A DNA stretch of 64,000 nucleotides from Chitinophagales bacterium (GTDB taxonomy: Bacteria > Bacteroidota > Bacteroidia > Chitinophagales > Chitinophagaceae): NCBI GenBank assembly GCA_038206235.1, contig JBBRBB010000008.1:36304-100303 (forward strand), in the 5' to 3' direction. Numbering within the stretch: the first letter of the stretch is position 1; each line of letters starts with the position of its first letter. Positions 46,718 to 57,220 of this stretch are shown here, piece by piece. The notes beneath the pieces were generated by a model. It had not been told where the DNA came from. It saw only the letters and a program-made list of their open reading frames with translations, and made no database searches. The position numbers and the translations under genes are program-made.

Positions 46718-47476
46718 ATGAAAAAGAAAATTTTTGGAATTTGCGTGCTCGCAGCAATTCTTAGTGGCTGCTCATCTGCATATAAAACATCTCAAACACC
46801 TGATGATGTTTATTATTCTCCCGGGCGAAGTGTAAGCGCCGGTAATAATGATGAATACATGGATTACACTTCAAGCAGTGATGACCAATATCTGCGAATG
46901 AAAGTGCAAAACCGTTCTCAATGGGCGCCAATAGACGATTATAGCTATTGGTACGACAGCAGATATTATACTCCTGGATATTATAATCCTTATGGTGGTT
47001 ATTATTATAACCCTTATTCATATCATTCACCTTACAGTTATTACAGCCCCTTTGGCTATAGCTCTTACGGTTATGGATATTATAGTCCATATTCAGGGTT
47101 TGGATATAATCCCTGGTGCTCGTGGAATTATCCATACTATACGGTGGTTTATTACAAAAATCCCGGCGTGTATTATGGTACCAACAACAGAACAACTTTA
47201 GGTGGATATAATAATGGTACCTATAACAACACCAATAATAATTTGCTTCTTCCGCGCAGCAATAGCACTAACATCAACACGTACAACACAACCACTACGG
47301 GAAGACAAAGCAAGTATTCAAACAGTAATACTATTTCAAATACTTCAACAAGACCTGTAAGAACATTTAATTCAGAAAATAAAATTAATACGCCGAGAAG
47401 TAACGGCGGATTTAAGAATTCAGGAAGTAATTCCACTGCACCGCGTACTCCAAAACATGGCGGTGGTGGTTTTTAA
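46718..47476 (+). CDS. Tyr/Gly/Asn/Ser-rich low-complexity lipoprotein
   Basis: Lipobox LSGC. YYSPYGY-type degenerate repeats, then an N/T/S-rich tail ending in HGGGGF. Confidence 0.65.
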   Translation: MKKKIFGICVLAAILSGCSSAYKTSQTPDDVYYSPGRSVSAGNNDEYMDYTSSSDDQYLRMKVQNRSQWAPIDDYSYWYDSRYYTPGYYNPYGGYYYNPYSYHSPYSYYSPFGYSSYGYGYYSPYSGFGYNPWCSWNYPYYTVVYYKNPGVYYGTNNRTTLGGYNNGTYNNTNNNLLLPRSNSTNINTYNTTTTGRQSKYSNSNTISNTSTRPVRTFNSENKINTPRSNGGFKNSGSNSTAPRTPKHGGGGF

Positions 47477-47575
47477 TTAAATCTTATTAATGTAAAACCA
47501 CTAGAAGTATTTTCATAAGAGTTTAAAGATCCATATTGCATAACCTTTAATAACAGTGACGCAATCAAATACTTT

Positions 47576-49111
47576 ATGAAAATACTTTTTCTTATTATAA
47601 CTGCACTCCTTCTTTTTTCAAAAACAAATACTGCACAAACTCCTGATGATGCATTACGAAACGCATGGTTTATTCCAAATGGTACGGCAAGAAATATAGC
47701 AATTGGCGGCGCCATGGGTTCTTTAGGCGGCGATATTTCTGCGAACAATATTAATCCCGCCGGTATTGGATTATTCAAAACAATGGAAGTGGTTGCAACA
47801 CCGGTCTTCTCATTCAACAATAATGACATTGATTTTCGCGGTACCCCATCATCAATTAGTAAATCTAATTTTTCTTTAGGACCAACAGGTTTTATTGCAG
47901 GCGGAATGCCAAATCGAAAAGGTTCCGGTACGTATTCATTTTCCATTTCAGTGAATCAATTAGCAGGCTTCAACAATCATATTTATTATAAAGGAATAAA
48001 TAATGTAAGCTCTTTTTCAGAACAATATCTCGAAGAGCTTGTAGCAAATAACGCAGATACAATTTCTGCTTTAAGCGATTATATTTTTGGCTCATCACTT
48101 GCATTCAGAACCTATTTGATTGATAAAGTAATTGACACCTTTGGAAATCTCATTGGCTATCAAACCCTTGTTCCTGTTTCTACAGGAGTTACACAGGAAA
48201 ATGATGAAACATCAAGAGGCAGCATTTATGAAATATCATTGGCGTATGCAGATAACAAACAAGACAAATTGTATCTGGGAGCAAGCCTGAACATTCCTCT
48301 TATAACATATAAAAATGACAGGGTTTACAAAGAGTCAGATATAAGTAACGATCCCAATAACAATTTCAATTATTTTAAATATACAGAGAATTTCAAATCA
48401 TCGGGTATTGGTGTAAATGCAAAGCTTGGACTTATTTATAAGCCGCAAGAGATGATCCGCCTTGGATTAGCCATTCATACTCCTTCTTTCATTTTTTTTA
48501 CTGATGAGATAAGTGCAGTAATAACCACAGATACTGAAGGCTATGCCGGAACATTAACCGAGAGCAGCGACAATCTTAATAACAATGCCCCCGGGCAAAG
48601 ACAATATATGCAACTAACGCCCTGGAAAATTATTGGCAGCGCTTCTTATGTTTTCAGGGAAGCAGAAGATATAAGACAGCAAAGAGGTTTTGTTACCGCA
48701 GACATTGAATTTGTAAATTACCAGGGCGCAAGATTTTATTCTTCGGGAAGTGCGGTTGATGTGTCATCAACGGGTTATTATGATGAGCTGAACAGCGTAA
48801 CAAAAAATTATCTTAAAGGCAATTTTAATTTCAGGCTTGGCGGTGAATTGAAGTTTAATCTTTGGGCATTCCGTCTTGGTGGCGCTTACTATGGCAGCCC
48901 TTATGAAGATAAAATTTTAAAAGCCAGCCGTAGCATGTTAAGCGGAGGGATAGGTTATCGCAATCATGGAATTTTTATTGATATGGCGTATGCTTATACA
49001 ATAAACAAAGATGTAAATTTTCCGTATCGTTTAAATGATAAACCTAACACTTTTGCAACATTAAATAATAAGAGAAGTAATATTATTTTTACGGTGGGTG
49101 TTAAGATATAA
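47576..49111 (+). CDS. Outer-membrane beta-barrel protein (FadL/PorV-like)
   Basis: Signal peptide; N-terminal GTARNIAIGGAMGSLGGD motif; alternating beta-strand pattern to the C-terminus. Confidence 0.6.
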   Translation: MKILFLIITALLLFSKTNTAQTPDDALRNAWFIPNGTARNIAIGGAMGSLGGDISANNINPAGIGLFKTMEVVATPVFSFNNNDIDFRGTPSSISKSNFSLGPTGFIAGGMPNRKGSGTYSFSISVNQLAGFNNHIYYKGINNVSSFSEQYLEELVANNADTISALSDYIFGSSLAFRTYLIDKVIDTFGNLIGYQTLVPVSTGVTQENDETSRGSIYEISLAYADNKQDKLYLGASLNIPLITYKNDRVYKESDISNDPNNNFNYFKYTENFKSSGIGVNAKLGLIYKPQEMIRLGLAIHTPSFIFFTDEISAVITTDTEGYAGTLTESSDNLNNNAPGQRQYMQLTPWKIIGSASYVFREAEDIRQQRGFVTADIEFVNYQGARFYSSGSAVDVSSTGYYDELNSVTKNYLKGNFNFRLGGELKFNLWAFRLGGAYYGSPYEDKILKASRSMLSGGIGYRNHGIFIDMAYAYTINKDVNFPYRLNDKPNTFATLNNKRSNIIFTVGVKI

Positions 49112-49163
49112 ATCAAGGCAAAACCTGACTTACTTTATTTACCTTATATACTTTATATACCAA

Positions 49164-49718
49164 TTACTCTTTCGTTCCTTTTTGTACCACTTCTACCCTA
49201 ACTTTTGCCGTACCCGCTTTTGTAAAATTGAGCAGCCTGGCTGCAGTAACTGTAAGGTCAACTACTCTTCCTTTGGCTGCCATGCGGGGATGCATGCGGT
49301 CGTTTATACGAACTATAATTGACTTGCCATTGAGCAAATTAATTACCCGTACCCATGTATTTAATTTAAAGCTATTGCTGGCTGCGGTTAAATTTGAATG
49401 ATGAAAAATTTCACCTGTTGCTGTAAGCATTCCTTCAAAATATTTTGCATAAAAACTGGCAATGCCATAAGTGAGATTTTTCTTCTTTACCGTATCGGCT
49501 TTTGCGGGTTCCTTAGGATTATCTCTTGACTCATTTTCAATGCTATTATTATTCAGTGATTCAAATACAATGTTATTGTTAATTGCTGCTGTTTCCATAA
49601 CGTTGCCCAATGAATTTTCTTTGTTTTGTAAACTATCTTTGGCTTGTGCAGAAACTGAGGTAAATGACAGTGCGCTAAAACACACGATGAATACGAGGGT
49701 TAAGATATGATTTTTCAT
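49164..49718 (-). CDS. rlpA: RlpA-family (double-psi beta-barrel) lytic transglycosylase-like protein
   Basis: GIASFYAKYFEG..TATGE...VRVINLLNGKSIIVRINDR is a DPBB signature. Confidence 0.85.
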   Translation of the reverse strand: MKNHILTLVFIVCFSALSFTSVSAQAKDSLQNKENSLGNVMETAAINNNIVFESLNNNSIENESRDNPKEPAKADTVKKKNLTYGIASFYAKYFEGMLTATGEIFHHSNLTAASNSFKLNTWVRVINLLNGKSIIVRINDRMHPRMAAKGRVVDLTVTAARLLNFTKAGTAKVRVEVVQKGTKE

Positions 49719-49847
49719 GATTGGGGATTTAATAATTAATCGGATGCTGTTATCAATGTTTATATGCTTTCAAACACAAAATAAAACATTCTAAAAATCC
49801 AGCTATTAACCGTGCAATCTCTCACCTGTTGTAACAAAAAAGAATAT

Positions 49848-50585
49848 ATGCGGGGGCAAATGTACATTATTATTTTTATATGCTCGTTCTTACAATTTTT
49901 TACAGCAAATGCCCAGGTAATACCAACTCTTGCAAAAAATGAATATGGACTTGAGATAATAAATGATGAAAACAGTTACAGGCAAATAGTATTGCTTGAT
50001 TCTAATCAAAAAATGATTTCATTAAGAAGCATCATTCCCAATATTATTCTTGATTTGCGATACGCAACTTCAAATAACTTCATGCATAAAAAGATGTATC
50101 CTTCAAATCCTGATGAAACATATTTGCGGCTGCAGGGTGCAAAGGCATTAGCTTTTGTACAGCATGAACTAAATGAACAAGGCCTGGGATTGAAAATTTT
50201 TGATGCCTACCGTCCTTATTCTGTTACAAAAGATTTTTGGAAACAGGTGCATGATGAAAGATATGTTGCCAACCCTGCAAAAGGCAGCGGACATAATCTC
50301 GGCATTGCGGTTGACCTCACCATCATTGATTTAAAAACCGCAAAAGAATTGGATATGGGAACAGGCTTTGACAACTTTACTGATTCTGCTCATCAAAACT
50401 TTATTGCTTTGCCTGAAAATAGTTTAAACAACCGTGAGCTATTAAGAACAACCATGAAAAAATATGGATTTATTATGTACGATACTGAATGGTGGCATTA
50501 TGCCTGGCCTAATGACTATAACTATGCGATTCTTGATTTGTCTTTTGAAGAATTAAAACACCTTTCTAAAGTTGATAAGCAATAG
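49848..50585 (+). CDS. D-alanyl-D-alanine dipeptidase (peptidase M15D, VanX/DdpX-like)
   Basis: FDAYRPY, GSGHNLGIAVDLT and EWWHY motifs. The start is taken at ATG 49848. Confidence 0.8.
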   Translation: MRGQMYIIIFICSFLQFFTANAQVIPTLAKNEYGLEIINDENSYRQIVLLDSNQKMISLRSIIPNIILDLRYATSNNFMHKKMYPSNPDETYLRLQGAKALAFVQHELNEQGLGLKIFDAYRPYSVTKDFWKQVHDERYVANPAKGSGHNLGIAVDLTIIDLKTAKELDMGTGFDNFTDSAHQNFIALPENSLNNRELLRTTMKKYGFIMYDTEWWHYAWPNDYNYAILDLSFEELKHLSKVDKQ

Positions 50586-50639
50586 TCTGTTGATGTTTTA
50601 TAATTTTTCCCCCTTACTTTTGCCGCCGAAATAATTTGT

Positions 50640-51383
50640 ATGAAGATATTGGTCTGCATAAGCAAAACACCTGATACCACCGCAAAAATTGCATTTAAAG
50701 ATGGCAATACAAAATTCGATGATGCCGGTGTGCAGTGGATAATTAATCCTTACGATGAATGGTATGCGCTGGTAAGAGCAATTGAATTAAAAGAAAAGGA
50801 TGCTTCCATTGTGTTGCATCTTGTAAGTGTTGGCGGCGCTGATTATGACCCGGTGATAAGAAAAGCGTTGGCATTAGGCGGTGATGAAGCCATTCGTGTG
50901 AATGCAACTTCCGGCGACAGTTTTTATATTGCCTCGCAAATTGCAGTCATAGCAAAGCAAAATAATTATGATTTAATTTTCACCGGCAAAGAAACCATTG
51001 ACTATAACAGCGCTTCTCTTGGAGGCATGCTATCAGAAATGCTTGACCTGCCTTACATTTCGCTGGCAACAAAATTTGAACTCAATGGAGCAACAGCAAT
51101 TGTAACACGTGAAATTGATGGCGGCGAAGAAGTGAATGAAGCTGATCTTCCCCTTGTAGTAAGTTGCCAGAAAGGTGTTGCAGAACAGCGCATACCAAAC
51201 ATGCGTGGCATTATGTCTGCACGCACCAAGCCTTTAAAAGTTGTGGAACCAGTTGCAGCAGATACTTTAACTGCAGTTGTGAGTTATGAATTGCCGCCAC
51301 CAAAAGCAGGTGTAAAATTAGTGGCGCCCGATAATGTAGCAGAATTAGTTCGTTTGCTGCATGAAGAAGCGAGAGTGATTTGA
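50640..51383 (+). CDS. etfB: Electron transfer flavoprotein beta subunit
   Basis: MKILVCISKTPDTTAKI...INPYDE is a canonical EtfB sequence. Confidence 0.93.
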   Translation: MKILVCISKTPDTTAKIAFKDGNTKFDDAGVQWIINPYDEWYALVRAIELKEKDASIVLHLVSVGGADYDPVIRKALALGGDEAIRVNATSGDSFYIASQIAVIAKQNNYDLIFTGKETIDYNSASLGGMLSEMLDLPYISLATKFELNGATAIVTREIDGGEEVNEADLPLVVSCQKGVAEQRIPNMRGIMSARTKPLKVVEPVAADTLTAVVSYELPPPKAGVKLVAPDNVAELVRLLHEEARVI

Positions 51384-51436
51384 TAATGCGCTGATGAGAT
51401 AATGTGCTGATGTGATAATGAGATAATGTGCTAATG
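51381..51436. repeat. Octamer tandem array (..TAATG/..TGATG, 7 units) beginning with the etfB stop codon
   Basis: tgataatg cgctgatg agataatg tgctgatg tgataatg agataatg tgctaatg. Confidence 0.85.
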
Positions 51437-51535
51437 AAGAAAAGTGATGAAAGCATAATTTTTATGGAACCCGCATATAGAAACTTTTTCAACTTCGTTC
51501 TCCCGTTGGCGGAACTATTTTACGCTCAGTTCTTC

Positions 51536-51583
51536 ATTCAACAATTCAACAATATAACAATTCAACAATTTCAATATTCAATC
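51536..51583. repeat. Octamer tandem array (ATTCAACA, 6 units) upstream of etfA
   Basis: attcaaca attcaaca atataaca attcaaca atttcaat attcaatc. Confidence 0.8.
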
Positions 51584-51610
51584 TTAAATATTAATTATTA
51601 AATATAAATT

Positions 51611-52576
51611 ATGCCTGTTCTAATATTCATTGACCATTCAGAAAGCGAAATAAAAAAATCATCTCACGAAGCATTAACGTATGGCGCTGATATTGCCAAA
51701 CAATTAAACACCACAGCAGAAGGGTTATTATTAGGTACAGTAAAAGATGATTTAACTGCTTTAGGTAAACACGGCATTACAAAAGTTCATCAGGTTGCAA
51801 ATGAGTTACTCAATACTGTAGATGCTCAGGTTTATGCCAAAGTAATTGCAGAAGCAATTTCAGGTATTGGTGCCACAGTTGTTATCTTCTCTCACAATCA
51901 AACGGGAAAGGCAGTGGCAGCAAGGGCTGCAGCAAGATTAAAAGCAGGAATAGTAACAGGAGCCTGTGCTCTGCCTGGTACAAGTAATGGATTTGTGGTG
52001 AAAAAAACTGTATTCAGCGGTAAGGCATTTGAGAATGTCAACATCACTTCATCCATAAAAATAATTTCGCTTAATGTAAACAGTTATCATATTACTCATG
52101 GTGAAGGCACAGCAGAAGTTGTTCCATTAAATATTGCTGTTGATGCTCCGAAAGTAAAAATAACTTCTGTAAATAAAGTAAAAGGAGAAGTGCCTTTAAC
52201 CGAAGCTGATATTGTAGTAAGTGGCGGACGTGGTTTAAAGGGACCGGAGAACTGGAAAATGCTCGAAGACCTTGCACATGTATTACACGCTGCTACTGCA
52301 TGCAGTCGCCCTGTTGCAGATGCACATTGGAGACCACATAACGAACACGTAGGACAAACAGGAATACAAATAGCGCCCAACTTATATATTGCTTTGGGAA
52401 TATCAGGAGCTATACAACATCTTGCCGGAGTAAACAGAAGCAAGGTAATGGTTGTTATAAATAAAGACCCGGAAGCTCCCTTCTTCAAAGCCGCAGACTA
52501 TGGCATTGTAGGAGATGTGTTTGATGTAGTGCCCAAGCTTACAGAAGAGATAAAAAAGATGAAGGGAGTTTCATAA
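51611..52576 (+). CDS. etfA: Electron transfer flavoprotein alpha subunit
   Basis: The FAD-binding C-terminus (VSGGRG, LYIALGISGAIQHLAG) is present. Confidence 0.93.
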   Translation: MPVLIFIDHSESEIKKSSHEALTYGADIAKQLNTTAEGLLLGTVKDDLTALGKHGITKVHQVANELLNTVDAQVYAKVIAEAISGIGATVVIFSHNQTGKAVAARAAARLKAGIVTGACALPGTSNGFVVKKTVFSGKAFENVNITSSIKIISLNVNSYHITHGEGTAEVVPLNIAVDAPKVKITSVNKVKGEVPLTEADIVVSGGRGLKGPENWKMLEDLAHVLHAATACSRPVADAHWRPHNEHVGQTGIQIAPNLYIALGISGAIQHLAGVNRSKVMVVINKDPEAPFFKAADYGIVGDVFDVVPKLTEEIKKMKGVS

Positions 52577-52693
52577 AAGAAATTGGTTATAAAATAAACA
52601 CAAAGGTCGTTCTGGAAAAACAGCCTTCATATTATCTAATATAAACAAAAATTTTTTTCCCGACCATTGAGATAATCACTGAGCAAGCGTTCA

Positions 52694-52708
52694 CGGTCAG
52701 ACGGCTCT
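52694..52708. repeat. Half-copy of the REP-like palindrome type 1
   Basis: cggtcagacggctct matches the left arm of the copies at 13014 and 33395. Confidence 0.4.
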
Positions 52709-52727
52709 TGTTGAAATATAAATCGTA

Positions 52728-53630
52728 TTATTTTCTAAACGCCGGATGGTATTGCTGAAGTGTAGCACGCAAATAATCCCGGTCGAGATGCGTATAAATT
52801 TCGGTAGTGGTGATGCTTTCATGTCCCAGCATTTCCTGCACTGCACGCAGGTTTGCGCCTCCTTCCACTAAATGCGTTGCAAAAGAATGACGGAAAGTAT
52901 GGGGCGAAACATTTTTAATAATGCCGGCTCTTTTCGCCATGTCTTTAATAATATAAAATATCATTACACGGCTTAGCTTTCTTCCCTGCTTATTAAGAAA
53001 CAAAACATCTTCAAAGCCATTTCTAATTTCTAAATGCGTTCTTGCATTTTCTTTATAGAGCTTAATATATTTCACTGCATCTCTGCCGATAGGCACAAGC
53101 CGTTCCTTATCTCCTTTGCCGATAACGCGTATAAATCCTGCATCAAGATACAGGCAGCTTAATTTTACATTTACCAGTTCGCTCACCCTCAACCCGCAGC
53201 TATACATCGTTTCCAAAATGGCTTTGTTACGTGTGCCCTCAGGCTTGCTTAAATCAATTGCATTGATGAGCATTTCTATTTCTTCAAAACTTAATACATC
53301 GGGCAACGCTCTTTTAAGTTTGGGTGACTCAAGCAATGTTGATGGGTCAACGGAAACAATATTCTCCATTAAACAATATTTATAAAAAGCTCTTATTCCT
53401 GAGATAATTCTCGCCTGTGATGCAGCCCCGATTCCCAATTCAGAAAGCCGTTTTACAAATTGCTGAAGCCCTTTCAAATTCAATTCCGGCGGGCTTTTCA
53501 GATTACCAACTGCCTGCAGGTAATCAGTAAGTTTTTCCACATCACGCAGGTATGCTTCAACAGAATTATCGCTCAGAGATTTTTCTAATTGAAGAAAAGC
53601 CTTAAATCCTTTTTTATATGCATCCCACAT
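52728..53630 (-). CDS. xerD: Tyrosine recombinase XerD
   Basis: ARI/R..R..H..R.H..Y catalytic pattern (HTFRHSFATHL, LGHESITTTEIYTH). Length 300 aa. Confidence 0.9.
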   Translation of the reverse strand: MWDAYKKGFKAFLQLEKSLSDNSVEAYLRDVEKLTDYLQAVGNLKSPPELNLKGLQQFVKRLSELGIGAASQARIISGIRAFYKYCLMENIVSVDPSTLLESPKLKRALPDVLSFEEIEMLINAIDLSKPEGTRNKAILETMYSCGLRVSELVNVKLSCLYLDAGFIRVIGKGDKERLVPIGRDAVKYIKLYKENARTHLEIRNGFEDVLFLNKQGRKLSRVMIFYIIKDMAKRAGIIKNVSPHTFRHSFATHLVEGGANLRAVQEMLGHESITTTEIYTHLDRDYLRATLQQYHPAFRK

Positions 53631-53794
53631 GAGTGATTGAATATTGTCCGAATGACTTCTTCGGAAAAGATTTTTAATTGAATCTTGAAAATAGAAAATA
53701 CAAGATATTTAATAGTTAGATATTTGCAGAATCATTTTACATTCGATGGTATATTATTAAATATTAAATCCGCAATATTCAAATTCAAATATCA

Positions 53795-54292
53795 ATGGTA
53801 AACCTTCGCTCATTCATCCAAAAAGTTAGTTATTATAAAAAACCGATGCTACGATTTCTCAGAAAGCTCGAAAAAAACCCGCCGCAAAAATTAGATACCA
53901 TTTGCGAAGAAATAAGTGCAGAAGTTTGGAAGGAGATTGATTGCACAACCTGCGGTAATTGCTGCAAAAAAATGACGCCTACCTTTTCGGGTAAAGACGT
54001 GGTACGCATTGCCGCCTATTTGAACATGAGCAAAAAAGAGTTTAGAGAGAAATGGCTATACTATGATAAAAAAGATAATGACTGGATGAACACTACACAA
54101 CCCTGCCAGTTCCTTGACCTGAATACAAATCTTTGCACCATTTATGAAGTGCGACCGGCAGACTGTGCCAATTTTCCGCATCTTATAAAAAAGGGAATGA
54201 AGCATTATATTCATATTCATCAACAAAATATTCAATACTGCCCCGCCACGTTTAAGATGGTTGAGAAAATGATGGAGCAAATTAATTTGTAG
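53795..54292 (+). CDS. YkgJ-family cysteine-cluster protein (UPF0153)
   Basis: CTTCGNCCKK followed by a C....C..Y..RP..C pattern. Confidence 0.8.
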   Translation: MVNLRSFIQKVSYYKKPMLRFLRKLEKNPPQKLDTICEEISAEVWKEIDCTTCGNCCKKMTPTFSGKDVVRIAAYLNMSKKEFREKWLYYDKKDNDWMNTTQPCQFLDLNTNLCTIYEVRPADCANFPHLIKKGMKHYIHIHQQNIQYCPATFKMVEKMMEQINL

Positions 54293-54325
54293 TTGATACC
54301 TTATCCCAATTACAAAGAAGTTATT

Positions 54326-55504
54326 TCAAAAATCAAGCGCTTTATTAATAAAGTTGCAAGCATGAACTAACTCATCATCGGATATTATTAGCGGAGGGCA
54401 GATGCGCATACATTCCGGCGCAAATAGAAACCAGTCTGTGATTAATCCATTTTCAATACATCTGTGAATTATTTTTTTATTGGTCTCAAAATTTTCGAAT
54501 TGCAAAGAAGCCCAAAGCCCGCAGCTTCTTATTTCAATTATCTTTTCCGAATGTATTAGTTCTCTTATTATTTTTTCTTTACAGCTTACCTCAGCTATAA
54601 GATTGGTTTGCAATAAAACATCAAGCGCTGCTTTACCTGCAGCACATGAAACAGGATGACCGCCAAACGTAGTGATATGTCCAAGCACGGGATTATGCGT
54701 TAAAACATTCATCAAACTTTTATTAGCTATAAAAGTGCCAAGCGGCATACCTCCACCAAGCGCTTTACCAAGAAGCAAAATATCAGGCACAATATCAAAT
54801 TGTTCAAATGCCCAGAGTGTGCCTGTTCTTCCAAAGCCACATTGCACTTCATCCAATATCAATAAAGCTCCCTGTTCATTGCACTTTTTACGCAGAGCCT
54901 GCAACCATTCTTTAGCAGGTTTATGTATGCCGCTTTCTGCCTGCACTGTTTCAAGAATTACGCAGGCAGTTTCGTCATTAATTTCTTCGAACACTTCATC
55001 ACTACCATAATTAAAATGATATATGTTTGGCAATAAGGGGCGATAGGAATTGCGCCAGTATTCATCACCCATAATACTTAATGCACCCTGCGTGCTTCCA
55101 TGATAACTTTTTTTAAATGCAATTATTTTAGAGCGATTTGTAAAACGCTTTGCCAGCTTCATGGCCCCCTCAGTTGCTTCCGTGCCGCTGTTTGTGAAAT
55201 AAACAGAGTTAAGGTTTGAAGGCAGATTATCAGTAATAAGTTTTGCGTAAGCTACCTGCGGCGCTTCAATAAATTCTCCATAAACAATCAAATGCATGTA
55301 CTGCGCAACCTGCTTTTGTACGGCTTCTACAACTTTGGGATGAGAGTGTCCAATGTTGGCAACATTAAAACCGGAAATAAGGTCAATATATTTTTTCCCG
55401 TTTACATCGAACTGGTAAATCCCTTCAGCCTTTACTATTTCCAAACCAATAGGAATGTTTGATGTTTGAGCAATATGCTGAAAAAAAAGCTGACGATAGT
55501 TCAT
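54326..55504 (-). CDS. Class III aminotransferase (acetylornithine/ornithine aminotransferase-like)
   Basis: SGTEATE, DEVQCGFGRTG and a KALGGG PLP-Lys context. Confidence 0.88.
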   Translation of the reverse strand: MNYRQLFFQHIAQTSNIPIGLEIVKAEGIYQFDVNGKKYIDLISGFNVANIGHSHPKVVEAVQKQVAQYMHLIVYGEFIEAPQVAYAKLITDNLPSNLNSVYFTNSGTEATEGAMKLAKRFTNRSKIIAFKKSYHGSTQGALSIMGDEYWRNSYRPLLPNIYHFNYGSDEVFEEINDETACVILETVQAESGIHKPAKEWLQALRKKCNEQGALLILDEVQCGFGRTGTLWAFEQFDIVPDILLLGKALGGGMPLGTFIANKSLMNVLTHNPVLGHITTFGGHPVSCAAGKAALDVLLQTNLIAEVSCKEKIIRELIHSEKIIEIRSCGLWASLQFENFETNKKIIHRCIENGLITDWFLFAPECMRICPPLIISDDELVHACNFINKALDF

Positions 55505-55539
55505 TGCTGATAGTTGGCTGATGATAGTTGATAGTATTT
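55505..55539. repeat. 7/14-nt periodic array abutting the aminotransferase start codon
   Basis: tgctgat agttggc tgatgat agttgat agtattt. Confidence 0.6.
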
Positions 55540-55693
55540 AAAATGGGATACAAATTTAGAGGATGGATGTTGACAATAACAGTAACCGATGGCAGAAGAA
55601 TATAGATTATAAAAATTATTTACCTTAAATTCGATTGTAAGACTATTCAACTGTTAGCGGTAATTTTTAACAAATTGTACTTTGAATAAAACA

Positions 55694-56179
55694 ATGACGA
55701 AAATATATAGACAAGGACCCGTTGGAGCATTGCTTGACATATATGAACAAACAATTTCAGATTTCAAAAAAGTCATTAAAGATATTCCTGACAATGCTTT
55801 GACTATTATCATAGACCCACAAACAACTGACGAAAATTGTAAATCTATCCAGACAATTTTATCTCACGTAATACATTCAGGTTATGGTTATGCGACGAGC
55901 ATTCATAATCTGAAAGGATATAACAATGCAAGACCTGACAAAACCTATCATTTAACTATCAAGGAATATTTGGAAGACTTGAGCAACATTTTTACATATA
56001 CTGAAAATATTTTTAAAGAAATTAAAGACAATGAATTAGAACAATTTGACAATTCATTAAAGATAAAAGCAGGTTGGGGACAATTGTACGATATAGAGCA
56101 GATAACTGAACATGCAATTGTGCACATTCTTAGATACAGACGACAAATTGATAAAATTAAATGCAACGAATTGAAATAA
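55694..56179 (+). CDS. DinB-family protein
   Basis: His-containing helices (ILSHVIHSGY, EHAIVHILRYRRQI). The start is taken at ATG 55694. Confidence 0.6.
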   Translation: MTKIYRQGPVGALLDIYEQTISDFKKVIKDIPDNALTIIIDPQTTDENCKSIQTILSHVIHSGYGYATSIHNLKGYNNARPDKTYHLTIKEYLEDLSNIFTYTENIFKEIKDNELEQFDNSLKIKAGWGQLYDIEQITEHAIVHILRYRRQIDKIKCNELK

Positions 56180-56399
56180 AAACAACTGCTAACAGGAGGT
56201 TTGCTGGCCGACGGAAGCAAAATCAGCTACAAATCAATATCAGCAATAGCTTCAGCTGAACATTATTAATTTAGCTTTAGTTGTTAACTTCATCTTTAGC
56301 CAAGCCCTAATGTTGTTTTGAAATTAAATAAATTGTTTCAGAGAGATTGCATCCGAACGTTAATAGAAATAAAGAAACAGATATGAAATGTTTTGAACT

Positions 56400-56434
56400 C
56401 AAACTACAAACCACAGACTACAAACTACAAACTG
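56400..56434. repeat. Heptamer tandem array (CAAACTA, 5 units) 4 nt upstream of a start codon
   Basis: caaacta caaacca cagacta caaacta caaactg. Confidence 0.75.
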
Positions 56435-56438
56435 TTTT

Positions 56439-56969
56439 ATGGCTACAATAATTCCTGTTCTCGGCAAACATCCTCAAATGGGGCGAAATTGTTTTATTGC
56501 ACCCAATGCAACTATTATAGGAGATGTGGTAATGGGTGATGAATGCAGTATATGGTTTAATGCGGTTCTGCGCGGCGACGTGCATTATATTAAACTGGGA
56601 AATAAAGTGAATGTGCAGGATGGCGCTGTAATACATTGCACGTATCAAAAAAACCCTGTAAATATTGGAAGCAATGTTTCTATCGGCCATCTTGCAATTG
56701 TACACGGCTGCACGGTACATGATAACGTGCTCATTGGCATGGGCGCTATTGTAATGGACAGATGTATAGTTCACAGCAACTCTATTATTGCTGCCGGGGC
56801 TGTGGTGCTTGAAGATACTATTGTAGAGGATGGAACTATATATGCCGGCGTGCCTGCACGCAAGGTAAAAGATATAACCAAAGATGTAGTTCACGAAGAA
56901 ATTGAACGCATCGCAAACAATTATGTAAAATATTCTTCCTGGTTTTCTGACTTTAATGCAGCGAAATAA
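56439..56969 (+). CDS. Gamma-class carbonic anhydrase-family (left-handed beta-helix, PaaY/YrdA-like) protein
   Basis: Hexapeptide repeats with the His ligand pattern (VLRGD..., IGHLAIVHGC). Confidence 0.9.
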   Translation: MATIIPVLGKHPQMGRNCFIAPNATIIGDVVMGDECSIWFNAVLRGDVHYIKLGNKVNVQDGAVIHCTYQKNPVNIGSNVSIGHLAIVHGCTVHDNVLIGMGAIVMDRCIVHSNSIIAAGAVVLEDTIVEDGTIYAGVPARKVKDITKDVVHEEIERIANNYVKYSSWFSDFNAAK

Positions 56970-57220
56970 AAAACAATTTGTCTTATTGTTTGGATAGTTT
57001 TTGTGTTGCTTCCAAAACTTGCTGCTTATGATGAATCATAAATAACACACCCGCAGAAACTATCCTTTTCTTTGCAACTTTTAAATTCATTCCTGTTAAG
57101 ACCGGTATATCTCCAAATGATGATTGATGATTGCAAAGCGCGATTAAAGCAATTAAAAGTGCAGGGAAAATAAGCCTTTCAATACAACCCGTTTTTTATA
57201 AATAACGTATATATATTGGT

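Noticed and set aside
52728-53630. I considered whether the tyrosine recombinase marks an integrative or mobile element.
   Set aside because: Its sequence and length match chromosomal XerD. I saw no flanking direct repeats, tRNA target or cargo genes, and its neighbours are etfA and a YkgJ-family gene.
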